Made by a program: the position numbers and the translations under genes. From Azolla caroliniana (lineage: Eukaryota; Plantae; Polypodiophyta): a DNA stretch of 64,000 nucleotides. This document shows, piece after piece, positions 31,564-43,609 of this stretch. Positions within the stretch are counted from its first letter, which is position 1, and each line of letters opens with the position of its first letter. Where the stretch lies: NCBI GenBank assembly GCA_043228905.1, contig JBHGNT010000008.1, positions 3,720,001 through 3,784,000 on the forward strand. Direction: 5' to 3'. Under the pieces are notes generated by a model. That model did no database searches and was not told the DNA's origin. It saw only the letters and a list, made by a program, of their open reading frames with translations.

Positions 31564-33556
31564 ACTATTTTAAGGACTTGGGTAGATACTAGAACTAATT
31601 ATTAATAAAGCCCATAGGAGCAAGTATAATACCAATGTCATGAGAGAATATCAGGGAAGGAAAATCTAAAGCCAGTTATAGTTTTTTCTTGTATTTCTCA
31701 CTAGATTATGATATGTCTTTTAAGCAAACTGCTTGGCAATAGAACACCACTTGTGATTATAATGTGGTGAGTGTCGAGGAATTGCGAAAGTCCGACTTTT
31801 GGCACCAAAAAGATTCGTGTATATTTTATATATTAAATAAATGGGCTCATTTATAAGTTAGAGACTTGAATTTTTTTAATTTAAAATCTTAATTTATTTA
31901 AGCCAAAAACTTGTAATGGAGACATGGATTCATGTGTGGATAGTGATTGTTCAGCGATGGATTTCAGTGTAAAGAAGCATTGGGTTGACATCTACATAGT
32001 TGCTTTAGGGGAAGGATGTTACTCTAATACTAGTTCTGGAGAAATGGTGTCATCTGCTAATTGAGATGTCTCATGTGTTCTTTATGGTGAATAGGCAAAA
32101 GGACCCTTAAAAGGAGGATTTCACTTGGTTCATAAGCTCTTTTGTAGTGTAAGGCTTGTTTATATATTGGGTCATCACATTGAGGTCCTCTTGCCAAAGT
32201 ACTCAATAAGTACATCATTAGTTCTCTATATTGGACCTTGCCTCAAATCTTATAGGAGACCAAGCATCCCAAGGCATTAGGGCCCACCAATCCACAAGGC
32301 TTTAGGAGTTAAGCTATGTTTTGGTTCTCTTATAATCTCATTCGCATTGTGACCAATGTCAATCTTGAGCATTTTCATGCACTAAATGCCTTGTGACTTT
32401 ACTTAATGGTGTGTTCATTTTGGCCTTGATTTCATTGAACGAGAGATGAAGGCACAAGATGTGAAGGTCAATCAATAGAGAGAATAGTCCAACCATTTGG
32501 ATAAGTAGTTCCATGAATAATTGGATAATGGAGAGTGGGGGGGAAAGCCCCATTGAAACTAAGCAAATAGATATCTTTTCAAGAAATATCTATTACGCAA
32601 CCTTTTAGTTTTGAGAGAAGGAATTTTGTTTTTAAAAGCTTTACTTCATTAATATTTGCATGTGCTCAATTGTGGGCCCCAAATATAGATGGCATTGATC
32701 TTGGGTCCAAGATTGAAGGATAATAGACTTGAAAAAAATGTAAACATTTTCTTTGGTAGTCAATCAAAGTTTCTAGGTCATAAATCTAAATTATATGGGA
32801 ATTGTAAAGAATATCTAGGAACATAATAGAAAGGGAATTGTTTGTGAGCAATTTGATCAATATTCGCAACAGTTGGGATTAAGAGCTTAGTCCATGGGAA
32901 CAAGAGTGAGAAGTGATCATATATATCATCAAAGAATGTGCTCTATCAAGCACGTTCCAAAAGTTTTCAACAAGAAGAAGAAATATTCCACATTATGGAG
33001 TGTCATGCAAACATATAATTGGTGAATTGTACAAGAAACTTATTTTTGTCGTTTCTCTGTGCTGACAATGGTGATTCAATATGTTCAAGCACTCATGAGT
33101 ATAAAGTTCGGAGACAAAGGCATCTAACAAGAGGGCGCATGGGCCTGTATTGGGGAATAATACACATCTCCTAACATGATCCAGTGACCAAACAAGGATG
33201 CCAAACAAGCCACAGATCCTGAGGATTTTTGAGGAAATGAGTTTGCGTTCTTGTCATTTTGGAAAGATGAAGGAAAGGTTTAAAAGGCTCGAAAGTCTCG
33301 ATCAATATTCCGTTGTTCCCTCCATTCTGAGGCACTGGGCAAGAGGTCTAAAACCTACGTTAGCTACAAGGCTCGAGTGTCAAGAGGGACATGTGACACA
33401 TGCTTTGCCCTTCCTTCCTGTCTAGGTCTTCCTAGGAGAGGTTGGTAGTTGGGAGCTACTACAAGAATTGGGTGTGCTCGGAGATGCGGGTGTGGCAATG
33501 TTCTCCCTCTAAGGTGTTCGAGAGATGTCCGAGAGGCCGGACATTCGATACGAGTA

Positions 33557-33989
33557 ACAATTGGCAATGGTTCAATTCAGTTCGGGCCAATTCGAGAGTG
33601 TAAAACACAAACCGTTTTAAAAAATTTGAAACTTAAACCGAACCGAACCACGAAATCATTTAAACCGAACCATTACAAAAAAATTCAAACTCAAACCAAA
33701 AGGTTTTACAAAGAGACTTTCAAACCTTTAAACCATTAAAACTACGGTTTCGCAGTTCAGTTTTGGTTTTCAAGTTATAGATCAAAATTCAAATTTCACA
33801 TTTTAATTTTAAAAATTTCAATGTTTCAAACTTAAACATTTTAAAACCTGGTTTCAAACCATTAAACCGATAAAGGCTCAACCCGAACCGAACCGTTTAC
33901 AATAATCTGAACCCGAACCGAACTGTTTAAGCCGTTAAGCTGCGGTGGTTTCACATTGGTTCGGTTCAAACTGAACCATTGCCGATTGT
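33557..33989. mobile_element. MITE-like element with inverted termini and AACCG subterminal repeats, upstream of the EamA gene
   Basis: ACAATTGGCAATGGTTCA ... TGAACCATTGCCGATTGT inverted repeat; many AACCG/CGGTT motifs. No TSD was found. Confidence 0.65.
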
Positions 33990-34266
33990 GGGCTACGCGA
34001 GTCGGGGATGGTGTCCGGGGAGAGGCATCAAATCTAGACAAAAAAAAAAAAATTACTCTATTTTCTTTCTTTCTTATTCTTCTTCTTCTTCTTCTTGTTT
34101 GAAAGAGTGAGTAAGTATGTAGTAAATTTGCTCTGTTTTTTGTTGTTTTACTTCTGTTCTTCTTCTTTCATTTCATTCATTTTCTGATTTGGTTTTTGGT
34201 TATGTTTTTTTAGTTGAGAACAGAGGAAGGGGAAGCTTCCTGCAGCTCCTGCTGCTCCAGCAGGAC

Positions 34267-37200
34267 ATGGCCCCCCCCCCCGGCTATGGCGGTGCCCTCT
34301 CAACCCTCATCCCCCTTCCTTCGCCCCACCCTGCCCACCTCCTGCCCCACCACACGCTTTTCTGCTCCCTTCCCCCCCTCTCCTCTCGCCCCAAATGCCA
34401 GAAACTAGGTCCCATTCCATGGCACCTTTGTCTTCATCCGTTGACCTCCGACCATTTCCCAAAGACCAAGTTCCTTCCCCGAGCCGAAAGATCTGGCGCT
34501 GATAGTCTAGACGCTGCTCCTGCCCCTTCTCCTTCGGAGGAATTTAATGTGAATCTGGATGAGGATGAAGCTTCGTCGCTTCAATGCTTTGGAACTGGCT
34601 CAGATGTAGAATGCGTAGCTATTCGCAGCAACAGAGATGTTATTGTTGATGGTGTTGATGTTGATGTTGATGTTGATGCAAGAAATGTTGACCGTATGTC
34701 CATGGGAGTGAAAAGATTGTCTCCTGCCTCAGATAAAATGTTACCATTAGTCTCAGATCAAAAGTCTATTGAATGCATCGGGATGGGAACAGATGTGGAA
34801 TGTGTGATTGTTGAGAGCACAGATAACAATGTTGTTGATGCAAACACTGTCAGTAAGTCTGTTCCGACTGCCGTATTGGAGATTTCTACAGAGTCGGAGT
34901 CGGAGTTGGAGTCTGTGTCTCTATTGAATGGTCTGGGGAAGGACATAACATCATCATCTTCGTCATCTGTTCTGTTTATATGGTTGAATGAAGCATGGGA
35001 AAATGTGGTTCTGATCTCACCTTTCTTCTTTTGGGGCACTGCAATGGTGGCAATGAAGGGAGTCTTGCCTAAAGCGGGACCTCTTTTTGTTGCTTCCACT
35101 CGGCTCATTCCTTCAGGGTTTCTTTTGATTGCGTTTGCAAAATTCCAGAATCGGAAACAACCTTCGGGCCTTAATGCATGGTTTGCAATCACACTATTTG
35201 CTCTTGTGGATGCCACATGCTTCCAGGTACTGACCACTCTACTGAAATTTGATCATTAGGAATTTAGATCTGTTATCGAATGTCATATCCTAGAAAGTTT
35301 ATCTTTATTCCTGGTTATGTATCATAATAAGTGATAAATCATACATATCATATGAAATGTGGGACAGTAAAAGAAGTTACAGCATGAAAAGGATAAGGCC
35401 ACAAGATCCTTCTTGAAGATTACATATGATTTCCTATGATATAAGTGCAAAAGAGGCCTAAGAGATAAGATCTCTATTTGAAGTAATCTAATACTAGAAA
35501 CTAGCCTGGAATATGCTATAAATAGGGATCATAGATTGACATATTCGCATTCGTCGGGTTTCCCATTCGAATGCAAACGAATACAAGTATTCGTTTAACT
35601 TTAAAAAAAACAAAAAAAACTTTGTCTTTTTTAATTTTCTAGGATAAAAAAAAAGGAGCTTAAACAATAAATAGGGATAATAAAAGAGAGACTTGGGGAT
35701 TTGTCATTATTAAATTTTTATAATAAATGTATAACTTATAAATTATAAGTATTTATTTTATTTTTAATAAATAAAATAAAAGCTCATTAATTTCTCACTT
35801 TTTATTCCCTCAAAATTTATGGATATTTTTATTTTGACATTAAAAATAGTACTTCAAACTAATCATATATTCAAAGTTTATACTAATCATATTTGTATAG
35901 TAAATATAAAAATATTCGTTTTTTAAAAATTGATTAATTAAAATAAGTTTCATAAACTCTCTTGACACTATAATTTATTAATGAATAATTGTTCTTTTTT
36001 TGGTAAAATAAATTTATTTAAATAAATAAATAAATATTTTATATCTATTTTACAAAACGAATGGTTTTTTAATATTCTTAGGGCCATTTCATATTCTCGA
36101 ATATAGAGAATATTGCGCATGGAGAATATCACGAATATCACGCATGTGTCAATCTATGATAGGGATATTAAAGAACTGGTGCATCGTGGATGCAAGATAC
36201 ATTTGATGGGAGTCCCATATAGGAAGGGTATAGCCTAATTGGTTAGAGATGATGCCCACCATAGTTGTAGTGTACTTAGTATACAATACGGGTAGGCTAC
36301 CTATTTCAAAAGAATTCTACCTTTATGTTAAAAATGCTTAGAATACCTGAAGTATCAAGCTCAAATACTTTTATGGGAATTTTTTTTCCAGGAATGTCCA
36401 AAGGACCTGTTTAACATGTTCGTGTTAGCATGCAATGGGGGTGGATGGAATCACCCTTCTTGCATAGACATAGCACCAATTGTTTATTTACCATGTCAAC
36501 ATCCATCATGGACTAGTAGGATGATCAAGCGCTTGCAATAAAGCAGTCCATATTGGCAATCAAGATTTCCATTTTGAGCACTTTGGAAGATTATTTGAAG
36601 CGATAAAGCTTCATAGAACATTAGACTCTTAACATTGTGTTGTGCACTGGGTTGTTTCAGCCCCAAAGTGTAGGCCTACCACATAAAAGCTTTGATGGAG
36701 AGCCTCCCATTGTTTCCTTATTCCTTGCATGGATTCTTTGATGACACTTGATTGTTTCTGCACCAAGATATGAATGTACCAGGAGAAGTTCAATAAAGAA
36801 CCTGCCGTTGTCTTTTTCCTTACATGGCCCAACACAGCTTGAAGTATAGGAGTTAACAAGAACATCATAAGATGCTAGTTCTCTTCTGTGATGTGGGCAT
36901 GTCCATGGAGTTATGTTTTGGTCATAATTGCTCTTTCTGAATTCTGTGCAAAGCCGTCTGGTACCAATGTATTATCTGTGGCAGTTGTTTGGTGATTGGG
37001 GAAAAATCTGCTGGAAGTATACGTCACTAGGACTTGAGCTCAAGGATTGTTATTCCCACCATGCTGAATTATATTTGACCTTTATTTGTCCATCTGTCTA
37101 CATAACTTCTGCAAAAGTTCTGATAGAGTAGTTGCACGGTACTTAATGGAGCTGCTTCTGGTATTGGTGCAGGAACTGCTGTGTCTGTTAACTTGTAGAG

Positions 37201-40200
37201 TACAGAATGTTTGTTCATTCTAGTGTACATCTTTTGTCCATTTGTAGTGTATGAATATAGTTTTTGTTATATTTTACATTTTGAATGTGTCAAAATCTTG
37301 CATAAAACCGATCTTCTATTCACGGGCATATTTGAAGATAGGTCTCCTTTCTGTTTTTTATGTTCAAGTGGTCAAAATATTCGAGCTATATTGTTTACAC
37401 TCAAAACTCATTATTTTCCTGGTAATTTAATTGCAGGGTTTTTTGGCTGAAGGTTTAAAGAGAACAAGCGCTGGACTTGGAAGTGTAAGTAAGATGGTGA
37501 ACATTTTATGGAAATGATTTATCTGATTCTTAAGGACCAAGTAAGATCTGGATATTTCAACTTATATATGATTACTTTCTGAAATGCTGATCATGGAAGT
37601 GTGGAAAATGATCGCCATTCAATGAAAAAAATCTAGAAAATATTTGCAGTTTATTAGTGGCCAAATCAAGTCATGGTAATTGGTCAAGTGTGTTTCTTGT
37701 AATGTAGAAACTTGACCATCAATTAACTGCTTTAATATGTGTCCTTACTACTATTCTTAGAGGTGAGAATGTTAAAACCTTTCTATATTTTGAAAACGTG
37801 ATGTGAAGAAGTTTTTTTGCATGATGTTTAAACTTTACATTATTATAATAACTCAATTGCATTGGTGCCAGCAGATCATTGATTTGCATTCATATTTCAG
37901 AAATTTGATTAGATTGTGTACCATGATTGATGTGCATTCGAATTAGATTAGTTCTCTTCTCATAATTAGATTGGGGGGCTATTGCATGGGTTTCTTTCTA
38001 AACGTGGAGTTTGGTTTTTAGTACTTTTCAAATGTCATTTATTGGGCTTCATTTGCAGGTAATTATTGACTCCCAGCCATTGACTGTTGCTATAATAGCA
38101 TCTATTTTCTTTGGAGAGACCATAGGAGTGTTTGGTGTATTGGGGCTGGCAACAGGTGTCATTGGTCTCCTTTTGTTGGAGGTATTTACAACTTGCCTGT
38201 TTAACAATATTGCAATGTACAGTGTAAACCTTTATGACGGTCCTTTCTTCATTCAAATTCAAAATGTTGAATTTTTCTCAATGTTGTTGAGATATATCAG
38301 AAATGAATTGTACAAGAACATTCTACCTGTTCAAGCAAGATCCTGCAAAAGCAATAATGAATGCATGAAAAGTAAGACAAGGAAACCAATGAGAAGAGTT
38401 TCTTACAATTTCAGAACTAATGCTTATCTGAAGGCATATTTCTGTCTTGGATGGCTCTTTGACTATTCTGAAACGCTGCACATTTTAGGGTGCACATCAA
38501 AGAAAGCTCTTGGTTTGCATGCATGGAGCATTCAAACTGTTTCAGCATGAACGTAATGAGCTACAAGAGCACCCATGACAACTGCATTAAAAGTAAGAGA
38601 CTGATGGCATATTTTTGTCTTGGATGCGCATCAAAGAGGCCTTTTGATTTGCATAGATGGCAAACAAAGATAAACCATACGTTGATGAGAGATGGCTAGA
38701 GGCATCATTCCAGATGTATTAGCATAAGAAAATCGTAGAATTATCTTATGTTTATAAATTCTCATGCGTAGAAATTGGGCTGGATAAGAGAACTTGAGCA
38801 AACGCAATGTTGGATTAAGGCTTGAGCTTTATGTATTAAATGTCTAAAGTTTTAACCACTAAGGTTTGACCAAGGGTTTAGGAGTTTCTAATGTGAAACA
38901 CAGCTAGAAGGATTGGCTTGCTATAATGCACTGTTTGTCTCCAAGACTTTTGGAAAGGGACTTGTCTAGACATGTTTTCAGCGTATTCTAGGCAGAAATT
39001 TTACTTTGGTTTCTTGTCTCTATTCTCGGGCCATTTTATCCAATTGTTGACTTTTCTGATCTTTTGACAAATACTCTATTCATCATGTGAAAATGCACAG
39101 ATTATAATCAAAGAGCAAATGTACTTTGGTAAATCCAGATTTAATTGCTGGGAGTATCTCGGAATCATTGAGTGATTATGCCAAATTAACAAGAATTGCA
39201 TATGTGTGGATTATATCCATCCACAGCAATAAAATGTTGGTATTGGAAACTTCTTCTTTCTAAACGCAGTTTTTCCCAAAGTTACTTTCCCTATTATCAA
39301 CATAGATATTGCATCTTCCTGCTGATTTTTAACTTGTGGACATTACCAATTATTCTTCCAGGTTCCACCACAAGTACTAGGTGAGTTTTTCAAAGGGCAC
39401 ATCGAAGAAATGAGTGCTGCTGCCACTCCAAAGAATGGTTGGAGTATTTGGGATAGTGGAGAGTGGTGGATGCTGTTGGCTGCTCAAAGTATGGCTGTAG
39501 GTACAGTAATGGTTCGATGGCTTTGTCAGTTCGCTGATCCTGTAATGGCAACTGGATGGGTAGGTTTTGAACCCACTGCAATATAAAAAATACCCATATT
39601 CATATCTTAAACAACAAGATCTTCACAAATTGTGAGGTGAAGAGGATTGGTTAATCGATTAGTATCATTGCAGTTATTAATCTGCTGTCTAGCAATAAAA
39701 CTAATTGATAATGACGATATTTGGAACGTATCGACATGACCAGAAAATCTATTATGGTAGAAATATCAAGGGTATAACTGATATTAGCCAATATATGAAG
39801 GGATTCGTCATAGTGCCCCTTAATTTTATTCGTATGTCAGATCCAACTCTTGGAAATCTGTTCTTTTCTTTTTTTCTTTAGTGTTTAGGACACCAGTTGT
39901 ACATCCCCATTGTGTTAAAAGAGAGAGAGAGAGGGAGATACTTACACTTATTTGAGTTAGAACACTTGGCCAACATTTTGCAGCACATGGTAGTTGGTGG
40001 AATACCTCTACTTGCATTAGCGATTATTCAACATGATCCAGCTCTCACTGGACATATACAAGATCTTGAACCATCTGATTGGCTAGCCCTTGTATACGTT
40101 TCAGTTTTTGGCAGTGCAATCAGCTACGGTGTTTTCTTCTACAATGCATCAAGAGGTCTCTTCTTTAATCCCTCTTCTTAATTTTGCTGTTGGAAACTCT

Positions 40201-40646
40201 CTAAGATACCATCAGAGGTGGTTTTTCTTGGTTAAATGATCATTTTGTATCCGTTGTTAAACTATGCTTCAATTCTCTATTATTTTACAATCAATCCATA
40301 TGATATACTTAACGAAAAGTAGCCGTTTGATATATTCTCAGGAAGTCTAACAAAACTCAGTTCGTTAACTTTCCTCACGCCAATGTTTGCTGCATTGTTC
40401 GGGTAAGTAAACAAACAAAAATTTACAAGGTTGATTATATCACAATCGTTTATAAGTCAGCATCACATGCGTTGCTTATTATTTCAATGGCATCCATGTA
40501 AAAGCCCTAATTTGCTTCGCAGGTACCTTCTATTGGATGAGACATTGAGTCCAATGCAAATTGTTGGGGCATTTGTCACATTGGTTTCGATATACTTGAT
40601 AAACAAACGAACTGTATCAAACAATGAAGAAGATGCTAAGACATAA
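34267..40646 (+). CDS. EamA/DMT-family WAT1-related transporter, chloroplastic type (At3g02690-like), 7 exons, about 561 aa
   Basis: Exons 34267-35226, 37437-37484, 38059-38181, 39362-39559, 39984-40155, 40342-40402, 40523-40646, in frame with GT-AG. Motifs: SPFFFWGTAMVAMK, CFQGFLAEGL, VIIDSQPL, GEWWMLLAAQSMAVGTV, SSLTFLTPMFA. The Pro/Ser/Leu-rich N-terminus resembles a transit peptide; the start codon is a best guess. Confidence 0.92.
35530..36158. mobile_element. hAT-family MITE in EamA intron 1
   Basis: Perfect 12-bp TIR CATAGATTGACA...TGTCAATCTATG; 8-bp TSD ATAGGGAT on both sides; AT-rich core with subterminal ATTCG/CGAAT motifs. Confidence 0.92.
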
Positions 40647-40668
40647 ATCAAAAAAGAATGGTGTAAAA

Positions 40669-40785
40669 TTATAATTTCAAATATTTTTCGGAATCATTTG
40701 AGATAATGTCCATATGTATAGTTGCCATAATTTCAAATATTTCTCGGGAGTATTAGAGATAATGTCCATTTGTATAGTTGCCATT
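40669..40785. repeat. Imperfect tandem duplication of about 56 bp in the EamA 3' UTR
   Basis: ATAATTTCAAATATTT...GAGATAATGTCCAT.TGTATAGTTGCC occurs twice. Confidence 0.8.
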
Positions 40786-43257
40786 GCATTGCATAATAAT
40801 ACTTGTCAAAACAAACCGCAGAAAATGTTGGCCTTCCCTCGCTTTGAAGGAAACATCTATAGTATGGTAAAAATGTAAGTACTTAGTTTCATTGATGATG
40901 GATTAGTAGCCATACATTTTCATGCTCAAAGTAAATAATTATTTAAGAACCTCTTGCTTATATTATAATTTACCCTCATAAACCTAACATAACATTATTG
41001 AAATGATTGATTACAAAATGTAAGTGATAACGAAACTCTTGTTACATCCAAGAAATTTAAAAGTTTTCTAGCACAAGCAATATATACTATCACATGTTGA
41101 GATCAACATAGGATATTACACAAGGTCATATTCAACTACATACCAAGAGTTGTCGAAAGCACTAAGAGGATGGGAATGAAAATGGTGTCTTGATCTACAT
41201 GTAGTGAGTAACATGAAACCTACGTAATAAAGTCATCCAATGTGTCATTCTTGATGACTTCTCATGCGTGACCCACTATAGTATGACTCCTTTCCATGCA
41301 TGGAGATGCTTGTGGGTGTCTTATGGAATAAGGCCATTTGTAATTTAGTTTATTCATCAATCTCTAGCTTATGCCCTCTTTGAGACCATGGTATATGTTC
41401 GAAACACACTCGAGCTTGTGGGAGTGAGCAAGCATGAATATCATATGATAACATTCAACTAAATAAGATGATAATCACCAATTGTCTTTAGTTCGTGTTT
41501 CTTCTTCCCATTTTAGTTTGCATTTCTACCATGAGTATCATAAATTCTTCACGCCAAAATAATGGGCCACATTTGGGTATTGACACCCCGAGATTCTAAT
41601 AGGACATATCTTATCTTGATACTCTTGTAATGAGTATTATATTGATCCTTGAACAATATTATTTATGTTGTTTGACCATTAAATCTTAAATTTTGTGCTA
41701 GATGGACACTCAATGAGATACCATGTCGTAGAATGGTTTTATTTTTTGGAATATATATGCATTTTTTGCCAAGTTACCTTTTCATCAAAGGGTTGTGCAC
41801 ATTGTATTTCAATAATATATATGGCTTGCGAATGCCATTAAATTTCAATTTCCATAACTACATCCCGAAGACATGGAATGATAATAATGCCTTTATAAGG
41901 CAACACTAATAAATAAATAAAGTTTGACAATTCTTCCACGGAAACCTTGGATACATGGATCAATCATGGACTATTTACGTTGAGATCTGATTATCTAGAT
42001 TTAGAACATAGAACAATGTGGTCAATCTTGATTCTTGAAATAAAACTGTGGGAAAAGTGAACCAATATTTAGCCATGCTTCAAATTTAATTATCCATTGT
42101 AACTTTTGATCGAAAGAAAGTTGGAGTAAACATCAAAACTATAACCTCATTCAAGATCTAGAGTGAGAAACAATTTTTTTTTAAATGGTAAAGATTTCAA
42201 TACATCGTTACAAAAAAGAAGGATTTTGTGAGTAAACAAACCAATACATTTAGTTTTTTAAGGCCCTAATTGTGAGAAAGCAAAGCAACTGATTTGCACA
42301 CCATCCGTTTACTTTTTTAGGCCTTTTAAGTCTATAAGTAGTAGTGTGCACATTTTGAGACATTCCTTCTAGTATGGTGCTAAGAAAACTAAAATAGCTC
42401 TATGAGGGAACTTTTTCAACGAGATTGGATAATAGAGCATTACGATTGCTCAATTGTTTTCCAAGCTCAATGTTGAGGCCTCGGAACAGAAGAATCCAAA
42501 TAAACTTTTGAATCATTGTTTGCCTGAAGACATATCATCTCTTGTTTGTGGCTCTCATGATACAGACCCCAATATTTTCTACTATCCACTTAAAGAAACC
42601 ACAAATATTGGCGTCCCACAAATAATTTCATGCAATTTTCTATCATGATCATAGTCCATAGATATTGTGCATGAATTTGTCATCTAATTGAAAGCACTCA
42701 CGGAATGGAGACTTGTCACGACAAAGGACGAATGAACCAAACCTCTCACACACATCTTCTTCTTAGTCTCGTGAAACATGGATAGGCACCAATGTCACGT
42801 TACGTGTCACGACGTCCACCATGATCCTAGACCATAGATTGCTAAGTAAATTTATCACCCAATAAAACCACCCTCTAAATGGAGACTGACACAATGAAGG
42901 ACCTGTGAATTACATACAACCTCTCATACTATTTATCGCCCAATAAAACCACCCTATGAATGGAGTCTTGACATAGTGAACGACCCATGAATCGCACACA
43001 ACCTCTCGTACTTTACGTTTCCTCTTCTTCTGCTCATGAAACGTTGATATGCATCAATGTCCCATGGATACGTCATGACTCATGACCTATCCCAATGATC
43101 CCAACCCACAAATTGATTGCTTGGTAGATTTTATCGCCTACTAAAAACCACCTCCACAGATGGACACTTGGCACAACGAAGGACCCATGATGGCTCAAAT
43201 CGTCCCATGCCTTTCTTCTTCTGCTTGTGGAACTTCGGCAGGTGATGGTGATAGTGC

Positions 43258-43343
43258 CACACACACGTGCACACACACACACACACACACACGCGTGCGC
43301 GCGCACACGCACACACGCACACACGCACACACACGCACACACA
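43258..43343. repeat. Alternating purine-pyrimidine (CA/CG)n tract upstream of NCA1
   Basis: Read directly from the sequence. Confidence 0.9.
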
Positions 43344-43609
43344 ATGCTCACCCTCCCAATGCATACAACCAAATGAATTAAATTACAAAAGCAATAGAGA
43401 ACAAAAAAAGGAATGAAAGAATAAGAGCAGGAAAGTAAAACACAAGCCTGAAAAATTAAATCAAGAAAGAAATCCCCTCTTCATTTTTTGTGGTACCTGT
43501 TTCATCAAAACAAACAAACAAACAAACAAACAAACACAGAACAGGGGAGGAAACAGAGACACAGAGAATACAGAGACAGAGAGAGAGAGAAACCAGACGC
43601 AAGCGCGCC

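Noticed and set aside
43073-43381. ORFs rich in CV or HT dipeptides
   Set aside because: Translation artefacts of the (CA)n tract; the same applies to the LS and ER runs at (CT)/(GA) tracts.
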